Positions 23,960 through 38,814 of a DNA stretch of 64,000 nucleotides are shown here, one piece after another (position 1 is the stretch's first letter; the number at the start of each line of letters is the position of its first letter). The position numbers and the translations under genes are program-made. Source of the stretch: Octopus sinensis. Taxonomy: Eukaryota. A model generated the notes under the pieces. The model worked only from the letters and a program-made list of their open reading frames with translations, made no database searches and was not told where the DNA came from. The stretch covers positions 43,958,001-44,022,000 of the forward strand of contig NC_043008.1 of the NCBI RefSeq assembly GCF_006345805.1, read 5' to 3'.

Positions 23960-24728
23960 TTATAAATATATGTACATTTGTGTGTGTGTGTATGTGTACA
24001 CACACACGTAAATTCTCATCCATCCCACCAAGTTTATGTCAAACGTAAACCTGGTTTGTTGTGGGCGACTCCTCTTGCTGTGTCTATATACTTTATCCGA
24101 AACAACCACCATATTTTAGTACCATAACCGCGCCCAACACATTTTGATATCGCCCAAAAATCAGTTCATTAGTCCTCCAGGATGATTCAGTAACAACTGA
24201 GATGACGGAGGCGGTGGGCTTGCAGAATCGTTACCACGGCGGGCAAAATGCTTTGCAGAATTTCATCCGTGTTACATTCTGAGGTTAAATGCTACCGAAG
24301 TCGACTTTGCCTTTTATCCTTTCGGGGTCGATAAAATAAGTACCATTTGAACTCTGGGTTAGATATAATCATCTTAACCCCTTCCTCAAACTTGCTGGCC
24401 GTGTTTCAAAATTTCAAACCAATGACTGATATTATTCAAGCGGTCTTAGTAAGCCCCCAGGCCAACCTCAATTAATTTCTCGATCATCCCCCATATATTG
24501 CAAGAGCAAACTTTCTATGGTTTAGCTGCCAATGAGCATTGGGTACATGTCAATATTCCAGATGCCAGAGGCTCAAAGATGCTGCACGTGAACCAGGACC
24601 CCAGGTCGTTTCGACACGTGAGCGATAAAACATTCCTAGATAATATTTCCAATGTATGAAGTTATTAGTAACTCGTAACCAAATATCGTGTGCATTAAAA
24701 TTATAGTATATATATATATGTGTATATG

Positions 24729-24835
<107 letters not shown>

Positions 24836-25648
24836 GTATGTATGTATATCCCGTGATCACGTGACCGGGAATCGGATTCATAACCTCACGATCGTAAGTC
24901 TACGCTCTAACCACTGAACCATGCGCCTTCACTCTGTAGAAATAACCTCAATAAAATAATGTAAAGAGCACTGCTAACGCAGTAGATCGTTGTGTTGACT
25001 TACAAAAAACATTTAACATACTTTATAGTATATTATAGTTGTATTACGAAATACCACGTGCCTACAAGTTGTTAATATGCTGTGACTGGAGTCATTTGAA
25101 CTTACTGCGGCAATGTTTCCCCTCAAGCATACAAAGGGAATTTGGAGATGTGCAGTATATTTCCAGTGCAAAAGTAGACCCCTACACAAGCATAGTAATG
25201 TAAAGGGCCCGTCTTGATTAGATTTTGCAGCACCGTTAGATTGGAGGCAGAGGCCCAATATTGTACGCTTCCTGCTCAGTAAATCTCACACCACAAGTCT
25301 TTTTTATGAGGAACCTTTAATAATAACGCTTATGGTTCAAAATCGGGAGCCACCGTCGAATTAAGAGTAGCCATTGAGCGAGAATGCTCACGAAGAATGC
25401 CAAATGAATTATTTTTTCATGTTTACGATTCCGTTGCTTCTGGTTATATGAAGAGCGTCGGCCAGGATGGTCATCAGTTTGAATAAATTCATAGCAAAAT
25501 TAAATTCTCTCCGTAGATTGTATTACATTCTGAAAAATGAAAAATGTATTTTAATAAACACTGACTTTATAATCATTCAGTGCGTGAATGCATTTTTGGT
25601 GGGACCCTTGCCGTATACATATATAACTATACATACGTACATACATAT

Positions 25649-25930
25649 GTGAAGTCGCGTGGTTTAGCGGTTAGGGCATTCGGCTCAGGATTGTAAGGTC
25701 GTGAGTTCGTGAGTTCGTGTTGTGTCCTTGAGCAAGACACTTTATTTTACGTTGCTCCAGTCCACTCAGCTGGCAAAAATGAGTTGTACATGTATTTAAA
25801 TGGGCCGACCTTGTCACTCTTTGTGTCACGCGTGTCTGTGGAGTGCTCAGTCACTTGCACGTTAATTTCCCGAGCAGGCGGTTCCGTTGATCGTATCAGC
25901 TGGGACCCACGTCGTCGTAACCGACTGAGT
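25649..25930 (+). mobile_element. CORE-type tRNA SINE (OR2-like)
   Basis: A box TGGTTTAGCGG, GTGTCCTTGAGCAAGACACTT CORE-like box, 3' CGTCGTCGTAACCGAC. Confidence 0.85.
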
Positions 25931-26543
25931 ACTCCTGTTATATACATATATTTTGTACATATACATACGTACATATACGTACATAAATACACACATTCAT
26001 ACGTACACACGTACATACATGCGGGCATATATATTAGTAAACAGTTCTTTTGCCTTGGTGTTTACGCAGTTATGGGAAACAGCAATAATAAATTCAGAGA
26101 TTGATAGACTGATTTCGAAGAGAGTTATATAGAATATTTATTGTGGAATAAAATACAGCCCTATGGTGCTAGTTTGTATTGATAGCTTCGCTGAGAAAAT
26201 CTGGAGACGTCAATACAAATTATGGCTATTATTCAAGTACTTGAAATGAACTTTGCCGGATTGGAGCGCAATGTTTTCGTGTGTAGCTTCGAGTAATATA
26301 TTATTGGCCACTTGCTGTGTTGTGAAATGGATTCTTTTTATTTCAGATAGTCTCAATCATGTCAGAGATCTCTCACTTTTATAAAGAGTCCACTGAATTA
26401 TCGGTTACTTTTGATGCCATGAGATACATTTTCGAGAGAAACATTTCCATCAATATGTATTATGTAAATTATGTCTATCGTAAATCTTGGACTTCAAAAG
26501 ATAAATCACGAAAGGAAACTCATTTTTATCTATATTGTATATA

Positions 26544-26612
<69 letters not shown>

Positions 26613-27705
26613 AGTATGTATGTATATATGTACAAAATATTACATCATATGAAATATTCATATTGTAGAAACATATCAGAAAAATCTGAATTATGTGCAA
26701 CCGAATAATCGTTTATTTGGCTTTGAGGACGATATTGTAATTGTATGTGAGTAGAACGTAGTGTAGAGAGATGCCTTACTGTGACGGTTGATACACAACC
26801 TACTCGCTAAATATAAATGAAACACTGCAACATTGAAGCATCTAGAAATAGCAGTTAAATTTCTATCTCATAGCAAATATAGACTGTATTGAATTATAAT
26901 AGATGGTTACATTAGGGAATACATTCGTAGCAACGATTGCGATGCACAGTTGAACCACGACAACAATAACAAGCGATATGTAACGTGTGAATTAAAGTGA
27001 CTTGAATGCGGGGTGAAAAAACCTGTTAGCTCAGTCGTGTGAATTTATTTAATCAGAAATATTCGTTACACCCGTTTCCATTTGCGGCAGATTCCGCCAA
27101 CCCTTTCACAATATCATATGTCAACAGTTTTCTCTAAATAGTTTTAATTCACCGCCTGTTACAATTTCAAATATTACCAAACCATACGTAATGTCGTCTT
27201 AAGGAACGGACATACAGATCAGTGTCCAAAAAAACCATAAATCTAGGGTCCCAATTTTGATCTATGTATGCTGTGTTTGGCTGTCAATAAATACTACAGG
27301 ACCCAGTGTATTAATTTGTTCTGGGGTCTATAATGCTACTAAGACGCATCTGACCAGACGTTTACTAATTTTGACGCATTCGATGGAAGAAAAGAATATT
27401 CGATAAAATTAGTTTTGTTCCTCTTAAAGTTACTTATGAAACCGTATATTTGTTTATGTAAAAAGCAAAATAGGGTTTTCTTCACACTCTTTCACATTGA
27501 AATGTAAGGTAAAGAGGCAGTAAGTAACATGTGACGGATATCACAGGTGATTCTCAGCGTAGAAGAGACAAAGAACTGCGTAAACAGTCGAATTTATAAA
27601 CCAACTATGGAGTATGAAGAAGATATAATAAAAATGTTTTCATTATCTTTTTGCTTCAGTATATTAAGTCATTAGACATTAGACATTAGATATTAGACAT
27701 TATAT

Positions 27706-27936
27706 GGCGGCGAGCTGGCAGAAACATTAGCACGCCGGGCAAAATGCTTAGCAGTATTTCGTCTGTCGCTACGTTCTGAGTTCAAATTCCGCCGTGGTCG
27801 GCTTTGCCTTTCATTCTTTCGGGGTCGATAAATAAAGTACCGGTTACGCACTGTGGTCGATATAATCACTTAATCCCTTTGTTCATCCCTTGTTTGTCCC
27901 CTCTATGTTTACCCCCTTGTGGGCAATAAAGAAATA
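27706..27936 (+). mobile_element. Meta-type SINE with 21-bp TSD
   Basis: Complete unit; flanks ATATTAAGTCATTAGACATTA (27661-81) and ATATTAGGTCATTAGACATTA (27938-58). Confidence 0.9.
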
Positions 27937-29055
27937 TATATTAGGTCATTAGACATTAATATTTCACTTAAATACGAATTCAAGTTTATAAAAATTTCAC
28001 TAACTCAAAGTTACGAAGCTAAAATATCAATATTATTTAGAAAAGGAGAAACAGCCCTTGCGGTAAGTTTTTAAAATGGTGAATATTCCTTTTCTCTACC
28101 GAATTCCTCGTGTAACCACCATATTAAAATGCCAAACTCAGTGTTAAGTTATCATTCTGCGAGTGCAGATTTAGCGCTCCAATGAGTATGAGCATTCCTT
28201 TACGTGTTCTCGATTCCATGTAATAACCAAAAAAGAAAAAAAAAACATTTCTTGAACTCTAATAAGTTTCTAGATTCCATACAGATATATATTTCAATTT
28301 TCTTAAAGAATTTCCTTTGAACTGCAACAAATCTTCATTCGCCAGTCTCTTCATAGTGTTTATATGATATTTAATCTTTCAAATTCTACAAACACAACAG
28401 CGAGGATTATTAATGATATGCTTTCTGTTGCTTTTGACTCTGTATTTATTGCAGGTGTTCCGATTATCAATGCTGGGGGAATATACAACTCACCTGGTGT
28501 GTCAAACAGTGTCCCTACACCATAATATATTTAAACATGTCATCAAATATTTATTTCTATACTATAGATGTCAACAGACTGATTTTAAGTAATAATTATT
28601 CTGTAAATACATTATTACCTGTTTATGTTTTAAAAGCCATGTATGTTCGTACCATATCTTTTTCTTTTACCTTTCATTAGTCCCCGTCGTTGAACAGCGG
28701 CCACGCTGAGGAAACATATTAAAGGGATTTAGTTGAATGAATCGAGTTTATTTGTAACTTATTTATAAAGCCTGTTGCTTATACAACCGTTCCCTTTTCT
28801 GCCAATCGGCTACGTTGCAGGGAATAAACAAACCAACACCGATTGGCAAGTGGTTGACGGCGATGAAGAGAAACATACACGCATAAATATGTACGACGGG
28901 ATTCTTTCAGTTTCCGCTACTCAAACCCATTCACAAGGCTTTGATCGGTCCGGGAATACAGTAGAAACAGATTTTCAACGGTGTCGTAAGGTGAGATTGA
29001 ACCAGAGAAACCATATGGTTCGGCGATGAGGTTCTTGCTCATACAGCCAGGCCAG

Positions 29056-29073
29056 AATCAATCAATCAATCAG

Positions 29074-29162
<89 letters not shown>

Positions 29163-29163
29163 A

Positions 29164-29216
<53 letters not shown>

Positions 29217-29221
29217 GTCTG

Positions 29222-29272
<51 letters not shown>
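29056..29272. repeat. (AATC)4-(TATC)n microsatellite
   Basis: About 200 bp of near-perfect TATC; a similar (TATC)n-(TGTC)n tract at 45985-46150. Confidence 0.97.
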
Positions 29273-29273
<1 letters not shown>

Positions 29274-29756
29274 CACACACACACATATATATATATATAT
29301 GTATTATATATTATATATTATATATATACATATATGCATACATGCTTAATTGCATATACATACATAAATGTCTTTATAAATATTTGTAATATTTATAAAT
29401 GTTTATCCAGGAACAAGTAATTATTTACGAGTTGCGTTTACATTAATGTGTGTCATGTGTATAAGACGCAAAAGACTTATAAATCACATTATAATCTATT
29501 AAAAAGGCATTTCGTAAATATATTTGTGTTGCGTTGTTTTGTCTTAAAACAAGAAAATATTTGCTACAGTAAATTGTGTAAATAGAAATATATTTAGTTT
29601 TGTTAAAACTCTAATTGGAAATACAGCAGAATCTAGAGAAATACACACACTCTAACAGGTGCACACACGCACGTACATAAACTGCACAAACATATGCATG
29701 CATATATATATATATATTTCTTATCTCATATATATATATATGTATATATATGTATG

Positions 29757-29787
<31 letters not shown>

Positions 29788-30669
29788 GTATATACATGTA
29801 TGTATGTACTTATATATATATATATGTAAATATGCACACACACACACACGCGCGCGCATATATATACTCTTTATTTTGGAAGAAATTTTCCCTGAGCCAA
29901 TCACATAAAGCTATAAATATAGCATGTAAATATTGCAAAACACTGGAGGATAGAGAAAGTCGAAGACTTTAGGCGATGTGCTTCGAGAACCAATCTTCCA
30001 AAAATCGATGTTTCACGTTCTTTCGAAAGTTTGTAAAATTCTCATGACACCTACAATATATATTTATAAATGTGTTTGTGTGTGTGTGTGTGTTTTTGAC
30101 TGCTTGTTTCCCCACCATCACTTGACATTCGGTGTTGGTTGGCTTACGTTCCCCTGTAAATGAAGAGGACGAAAGAATTAAGTACTGTGGGCATAGCTTT
30201 TTGAGTGAAACCTCCCAAGGCGGTGCATCAGCATGGCCAAAGTTCAGTAAGTGAAACAAAAAAAAAATAGATACATAAAAAGAAAAAAAGTTTAAAAATT
30301 CAGATAATTTGTTGAGGTTCGAAATATTATAACAAACAATAAAAACGAAAAACGGAATGAATTAACAAGTCTCTAATATAATTTGAGGAATATTTCACCA
30401 ATATTTCTTCCTTTGCAACGTATTAAATTCATCTGCTGAATTTCGACGATGAAGCAACAAAATTCTAATGGAGATGACAAGAATGTTATTAAAATTTTAA
30501 AAGTCAACAAAATATAAAGATGGAAATAAAACAGAAAATACTGAAGAATGCTTTATGCTAACAAATAACGAGGTACACAATATAACGCTAATCATAAAAC
30601 ATTTCATTCTAATTTGATTTTAATTTTCAATTTAGTTTCTACCCAATGTTTTAAAGGTCGCATTAACCT

Positions 30670-30743
<74 letters not shown>

Positions 30744-30857
30744 ATTATTATTATTTATTATTATTATTATTATTATTATATATTATTATTATCATTATCA
30801 TTATTATTATTATTATCATTATTATTATTATATTATTTATTATTATTATTCTTATTA

Positions 30858-30888
<31 letters not shown>

Positions 30889-30977
30889 TATTATTATTAT
30901 CATTATTATTATTATTATCATTATTATTATTATCATTATTATTATTATTATTATTATTATCATTATCATCATCATCA

Positions 30978-31048
<71 letters not shown>

Positions 31049-31097
31049 TATTATTATTATTATCATCATCATTATCATCATCATCATCATATCATCA

Positions 31098-31150
<53 letters not shown>
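30670..31150. repeat. Compound (ATT)n/(ATC)n microsatellite, ~480 bp
   Basis: Direct inspection; abuts a SINE head at 31153. Confidence 0.97.
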
Positions 31151-31152
<2 letters not shown>

Positions 31153-31345
31153 GGCGGTGAGCTGGTAGAATCGTTAACACGCCAGGCGAAATGCTTAGCG
31201 ATATTTCGTTGTCAGCTACTTTCTAAGTTAAAATTACGACACGCTCGGCTTTACCTCTCATCCTTTCGCAGTGGATAACAGTCGAACACCTGGGTTGATG
31301 TAATTGGCTTATCCCCTCCCACAAAATTGCGGCAACATTTGAAAT
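31153..31345 (+). mobile_element. Meta-type SINE (alternative tail) embedded in (ATT)n
   Basis: GGCGGTGAGCTGGTAGAATCG head, decayed body, tail running into (ATT)n. A second such copy at 32002-32215. Confidence 0.8.
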
Positions 31346-31363
31346 TATTATCATTATCATCAA

Positions 31364-31439
<76 letters not shown>

Positions 31440-31916
31440 GAATGAGAAACTAGTGCATGACATCAAAGTGACACTGGCATAAAATATACGAAGCCCAGTA
31501 TACAGATCATGACCACTTGTCTGATAAGGGTACTCTAGGCACATGCATCACAACAATATGTGCGCGACATGGTGATCTCATATGAAGATAAACAGTGCAT
31601 GACTTTACAGGTGAGGCACAGTTAGAATTTTCTTCTGGTCGAGTAGCCCATCCCACTCAAAAGGTCCCTGAATAAGGGTTGTTTAAGGATATTGAACGAA
31701 ACACCCACGTTTCCAGAGGTGAATTATGAAAACCCCAAAGAATACCTCTCAACACATGGCTACGATGCTCCGCCACTACTTCTGCTCGTGATCGGAGATG
31801 CACATATCGTCAACCACTCAGGGACATGCTCAACTGGTAACTGACAAGCAAATCTGTGGTATGGAGTAGAATATTTGCTGTAGCCCATCTGTTATACCAA
31901 GACAAAACAATTATTA

Positions 31917-31984
<68 letters not shown>

Positions 31985-32212
31985 GTTATTATTATTATTA
32001 CGGCGGTGAGCTGTCGGGATGAATGGCACACCGGGGAAAATGCTTAGCATCATTTGGTCCTGTCATATGTTCTGAGTTCAAATTCCACCGATGTCGACTT
32101 TGCTTTTCATCCTTTCAGGCTCGATAAAATAACTACCAGTCACACACTGGTGTCGATGTAATCTACCTTATGCCACTCCCGACAGTGATGGTATGGTACC
32201 AATATTTGAAAA

Positions 32213-32270
<58 letters not shown>

Positions 32271-32861
32271 ATCATCATTATCATTATCAGTTTTTGTTTT
32301 CGTAGTTGTGATTATTATTATGAACTTCGCTCGTAGCATCCATCTAAAATAATGCCACTGAAGACAATAAAAGAAACCATTGTCCTCCTCCTCCTCTTCC
32401 TCCTCCTCCTTCCGCCCATCATCATTATCATCATCATGGTCATCATAATCATCATAATCGTCATCATCATCATCATCGTTGTTGTTATTTTTAATACATT
32501 TTAAATTTTAAATTTTCATTACATTTTTATTGGCAGTCGAATTGCGGTATCAATTATTCGCGTCTTCTTAATAACTGATTCCGTAGTGTTTTGGAAGAGC
32601 TTCATCTTTCATTTTTAAAAGCATTAATCATTTCTTGACAAAACAAAAGGAAACAAACAAACAAACAAGCAAAAATAAAAAAAACAACTCAAACAAAAAA
32701 ACAAAAACAAAACCAGAAAGATACAGCTTTATATTGATATTTTCACTTTGTTCAATTATTGTTGAAAGACGGAAAGAATATGTAGGGTCATACATACATA
32801 CATACATACATACATACATACAGACATGAACGCATATATATATATATAAATAATATATTAT

Positions 32862-32933
<72 letters not shown>

Positions 32934-33823
32934 TATATAAAGATATATGTAGAGATATAAAATGGCATATATATATGTTTGAATCACGTTAAACATGGAT
33001 GAGTTTATAATGGTATGGGGTAAAAGATACACGTCTATTCCTAGAAATAGTATACTTAAACCTGTACGGTTATATTTTGTCCACAATTTGGATAAAACAT
33101 CTAGGAATAGAATATGTGCCAGAAAGTATATATAAAACATTGGTGAGGATGAATTCCATTATTTAGTAATTTCCTAAAGCAATGATCTGGCAGAACCGTT
33201 AGCACATCGGAAGAAACGCATACCAGCTTTTCTTTCGCTACTTTACGTTCTGAGATTAAATTCGGCAGATGTCGACTTTGCTTTTCCTGACATGGTGCTC
33301 GATAAAATAAGCTCCAGTTTGGCACTGGTGTCGGTGTGTTGAAATGCTGTTTGTGTCAACTTTGCTTTTCTTCCATTCAGGGTTGATAAAATAAAGTACT
33401 ACTTGATGTAATCGTCTCCTCTCCTCCCTCAAAATTGTTGGTCTTGTCTCATGATTTGAAACAGTTGTTTAATGCTTTCCACCAAAGACTTAAGATAGAC
33501 GGCATTAATCAAGAGAAATACTTCGAAAGAGCTAAACGCTGAGTGGGATATCAGAAAATATGGATAGTAAGCCACTGTGTAAAATTAATTCCCGTTTGAT
33601 TAGAACTATCTGCTTTGATTTCTTTTGCGAAACATACGAAAACTGCTTGTCGTGAAACATCATTCAGAGTACGAGGATGTTGAAACAGATGCTGAGAAAT
33701 AGTTTCAAAATCACACGAGGCATTCCAGTCTGGACCATCACGGTTTTTTTTTATAATTTAAGAAGTCAATTATATCGCACAATATAGCCGTACTTTATGC
33801 ATGGTAGGTTTAAATTTGATTAA

Positions 33824-33963
33824 GGCGACGAGCTGGCAGAGACGTTAACGCCATTCATCCTTTCGGGGTCGATTAAATACGTACCAGTATAATAGACTTA
33901 ATCCGTTTGTCTGTCCTTGTTTGTCCCCTCTGTGTTTAGCCCCTTCTAGGTAGTAAAGAAATA
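33824..33963 (+). mobile_element. Internally deleted Meta-type SINE with 15-bp TSD
   Basis: TAGGTTTAAATTTGA at 33805-19 and 33966-80; the B-box region is deleted. Confidence 0.9.
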
Positions 33964-36410
33964 GTTAGGTTTAAATTTGAAGGAAAGTTGCTTGCTATTT
34001 CTCAGTGACTGCGTAGAGAATCTTGTGTTAATTCGTAATATCGATACTTTTTCAAATCAGATCCTTATTTCCATCATGTCTGCCGCATCTGTTTCCGTTT
34101 ATCTCGTTATTTGTATTTGTCTTTATTGTTGTTGGTTCAGCCGCTACTGCTGGTCGTGTTTATTGCTGTTGTCATTGCTGTTGCTGTTAAGAGATTAAGT
34201 TTGCTCTTGTTGTTATTGTTCCTTCCACCTTTACGCCTTAACCCTTTCCATTCCAGTCGAATGTTCACTTCAATTTAATTTGTGGCATACATTAATATAA
34301 AAGTATTGTTGATTTAACTCTGTTAGCTCTGGCATCTAAATTTAACATGCAACCTACTGTAATATTGTTAATTAAATTAAGGTAGGAAACGATCTATGTA
34401 ACGTGTTGTTAGCGATGCTCTTCTCTTATTGTTGTTTTGTTGAGGAAGAGGCGATGGTGACGCTGAAGACTGCAGCGACAACGACACCGTTGATTAAAAC
34501 CTTATTATATGGAAGTGCGTGTGCACAGAATAATTATTATTCGACAGCAGAAATTGCCGTTTCTAGTGTAACCTTATAAACTTAAGAGAAAGTGACTAGT
34601 TGAGACTTCCATACTACCCATTACAGGATGTTGCCACGACCAATTGATTGAATAAATCAAGGGAAATTTGCATTCATTAAAGGAAATCCTGAGACGGGGA
34701 TTGCCTCACTGGATCGGTAGAGCGTCGGACAAAATGTTTTGTGATATTCAATTCCAACACTTTGCATTTTGAGTTCAGTTTCTGTCCAGCTCAACTTTAC
34801 CAGTCACATCATTCTCATGTACAGTGAGTAAAGGTGCGCGTGGCTTGGTGGTGCACGTTTCATCTTGGACAAGACGATTTATTTCATGTTGCTCCTGTCC
34901 ACTTAGTTGAATAGTTGATGTTAATGCATTCCTGTAGATAACGACATATTTGTTTGAACGTTTCGGTTTATATCTTTTGTTTCATCTTTCTGAAAAGGAG
35001 AATGTTGCCCGAAATATTGTAGGATAATTGAACAGCATATGTAACATATCGTCTCCTTGGTTTCAATCATTGACAACATCATTGACAGCATTTACTTAAC
35101 TAGTCTCTTGAATTACTTTTGCAATTACGGTCGCCGTATTACTCACGTAAATAACATGATTAATTACGTTTCATCTTCAGAACCAACTGATATTAAAATT
35201 GTCACACTTTCAGGATATTGCTGGTTATATTGTTGACAAATAATATTACATGAAGATCCATACTCCGAGCATTGATGCAGAGCAGTATTCTGCATGTAAG
35301 CGTGGTCTATTGTGTTTGTAATGCGTCATCCATGTATAATATTTCAGATTGTTTCATTACCCATTCTTGCTGCTGTTGCTGTCGTTGTTATAGCTTCTGT
35401 TCAGGTGAGGCCGAGTCGGAAAAAATGTCCCAGGTGTAAACAACCCGTCTTGTATACTAAAGACAACACTCTATAGGATCTTTCGTCTTTAACATACGCT
35501 GGTTTGATGTGATTTGAGGGCAATTTATCTGCTATATTCAACCGCTAAACGGCATACAGACATCTGTGTTACCGGTCATTCGTCGCACATTGTATGAGAG
35601 ACACAAACATTTTCAAAAGTTAGATCTCTTATAGCGATTTCAGAACTAGCTACTTGTTGCAAAATCAGCAGCTGAAATGCAAAAAAGAAAATTGTTTTAA
35701 ACTTGATATGAAGTAGTATATATTTATATATAACACTTCATATAATACTTGATATTTAATATGAAGGAGTCATATTTTTCTGTCTCTATAATTGCTTCAA
35801 ATTGATTATATCGTAATTATGACTTAAACAACTACGAAACTACCATTACGCTTTATTGTTATTGCGAAAAAAAAATGTGACAAAAATATTACATTTTTAT
35901 TAACTTCTTTTTAGAAATGAAACAAATATACTGTAATATACTAAACTATCGCCGTTTTCTCATGCGCTGGATGCCAGAACCGGACTGCAGTTTCAATGTA
36001 TTATTAGTAAATTCTCATGTGTTTCTAAACTTGTATCTCTATTGTCTATTTTAAGCTCCAAAATACTTAAATTCCCATAATTTAAATACATTTACATGTA
36101 TGTCTCGCTGGTAGAATAGATCGGTAGGATGGCATTTTTATAATAATGGATATTTGCCACAGCAATTGTCCGCGTAACAATGGATCTGTTACAGATGATG
36201 TAATAAAATTTTAAGCAGGATATACTATGTTTCCCGAATGCTGTTCCATATGACAATAATTCTGTCCATTCAGAAAAAGAAAAAGAAAAAAAACCAAAAG
36301 GATATTGTTAAAAAAATGCATCTCATCTTATTCCAGAGTTACTATAGTCGTTTAAACGTCGCTCATAAGTCTAGAGCAGATCTACCAGTAAGGGCGTTAA
36401 AGCCTTGTAA

Positions 36411-36860
36411 GGTGGCGAGCTGGCAGAATCGTTAGGACGCCGGGCGAAATGCTTAGCGTTATTACGTCTGCCGTTACGTTCTGAGTTCAAATTCCGCCGA
36501 GGTCGACTTTGCCTTTCATCCTTTCGGGGTCGATGAAATAAGTACCAATTACGCACTGGGGTCGATATAATGGACTTAATCCTTTTGTCTGTCCTTGATT
36601 GTCCCCGCTGTGTGTAGCCCCTTGTGGGCAGTAAAGAAATAAGACACGTTAGCACGCTGGGCAAAATGCTTAGTGGTATTTCGTCTGCCGCTACGTTCTG
36701 AGTTCAAATTCCGCCGAGGTCGACTTTGTCTTTCTTTCCTTTCGGGGTCGATTAAATACGTACCAGTTACGCACTGTGGTCGATATAATCGACTTAATCC
36801 TTTTGTCTGTCCTTGTTTGTCCCCTATCGGTTTAGCCCCCTGTGGGCAATAAAGACATAA
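36411..36860 (+). mobile_element. Head-to-tail Meta-type SINE dimer
   Basis: Unit 1 36411-36641; unit 2 starts at AGACACGTTAGCACG (36642). Confidence 0.9.
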
Positions 36861-37219
36861 ATATTCTCTGGTAATTTTGGTGAAATTAGCATTACATACG
36901 TACATAAATGCATACTTACTCACATAATGTATATAAACACACATACATATATACATACATATATGCATACAGTGTGTTATACATGCATTTCAGCGGATCT
37001 TACCAATATGTCTCGTAATGGGTATTAGATAACCGGATGTTAAATAATTTGCCGGGTATCTAAAGTCACGTTCATCTCTGAAGAGCTCGTGCATTCTGAT
37101 AACTTCCATTTTTCTTAAACGTCTAGTTAACAAACATCTGTTGCGAACGAAATACATAATACTGTATACAAAATACTGTATACTACGATTACTACACACA
37201 CACACACACACACACACAC

Positions 37220-37266
<47 letters not shown>

Positions 37267-38344
37267 CGAGAGAGAAAGAGAGAGAGAGAGAAGATTGATA
37301 GATATAGTTATATGTGCTTAAACATGGGGAATTACATTTTCACGACATCAGATGTTGTGTATTATTTTAAAATTCTTTTTTGTTCCAAATTACATGGTTA
37401 TATTGTATCGAATGTTTATATGAGATAAGAAACGAACGGGTAGTGCGATATATATATTTACTGGTAGCAGACATAAGATTACCCAACTGTTTCCAAGGAA
37501 CGTTTCTCTTGAAGTCGGAAACTGCAGTAAGGAAGGCGAAAAAAATAAAAGGACAAGAAAAATAAATAAGTTCACGACAGAGAAATATAAAAGACCATAA
37601 TTGTGAACGCAATTTCAGTCACGATTACACAAAACGAAATAGTCGTAGGTATTTGTTGATTTTAATGCTAGTCAGGTGTAAAATTCATATCGGGTGCAAT
37701 TGTAAAGCGGAAGGAAATGATGCAGTTTGATATTGATTTCAATGTATTAGAAATTGTAATGTGAATAGAATATTTTTCGTTTAGAAAATAGTTCGATTCA
37801 TTTCCTGAATGATTGTTTAGCACGTCTGAATTTTCTATAAAGAACAATTTTTTCAATACCTTTTTATTTTATATTTGTTAATTGAGCTATTAATGATCTT
37901 GCCTTTGGTATAGACAGAATTACATTAACCAATTACATTAGAAAATAATATTCCAAGGAATTTTTTCCGAGAGATATCATATATTTACAGAAATATTTGT
38001 TTTAATAAACTTGAAACGGTGAATGTTTCTGTTTTTTTTTTTTTCGTTTGAAAAACGTTTTTTATTTCGAATGTTAAAAATGGTATATAAATAATTGTTT
38101 CTACCATAGGCATAAGATCTGAAATTTTAGGGAGACCCTTGAACTTATCTTGCACTTATTTTATCAACCACGAAATGATGAAAGCAAAGTCGACTTCGTG
38201 GGTATCTAAACTCAGAACGTAAAGACGGACAACAAACCGCAAAGCATTTTGTCCGGCGCGCTAACGATTCCACCAGCTTGCTATCTTTAATGGCAAATAA
38301 ATAATGTCAACAATTATGTAGTATATAAAAAAAAAAGATTTATG

Positions 38345-38500
38345 CAAACCACCGTGTTTGATGTAAACCTCCGTGTTGAGTGTGAGGACGTGTGGGAAGA
38401 TGGATGGATGGAGGCATAACGTCGACATTACAAGTGATCACTCGAAGCACCATGATGTTGACTGGATGTTTCATTTTTATCACTCTCGGTGCAGGTCCTC
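38345..38500 (-). mobile_element. Second fragment of the maT-like transposon
   Basis: DNA aligns with 11320-11400; peptide PRVIKMKHPVNIMVLRVITCNVDVMPP. Confidence 0.75.
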
Positions 38501-38751
38501 AGACTGCACTGTCCTCAGATTGTCACCCAAACACTCTAAACTGTTCGTTATTGGGGCTTCCAGTGAAAATGCCAAGCAGCATAGCAGGTGGATTCCAAAT
38601 TTCTGGCAGAGTTAATTGCGTTGAGGCGCTGTTTTTCTCACAGACGGTGACCAACTGACCCCACTATACTATGTTGTCGACAAAATAAAAAACAAACAAT
38701 GCGCATGCGCGAAATTAAGAACTTACAATAATGAGAGTTTACCCATCGCAT

Positions 38752-38788
<37 letters not shown>

Positions 38789-38814
38789 CGCGCATTATAT
38801 ATGTATATATATAT

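Noticed and set aside
35349-35405. Hydrophobic 57-nt exon-like segment IVSLPILAAVAVVVIASVQ
   Set aside because: It derives from a (GTT/GCT)-rich low-complexity start of what appears to be a decayed repeat.
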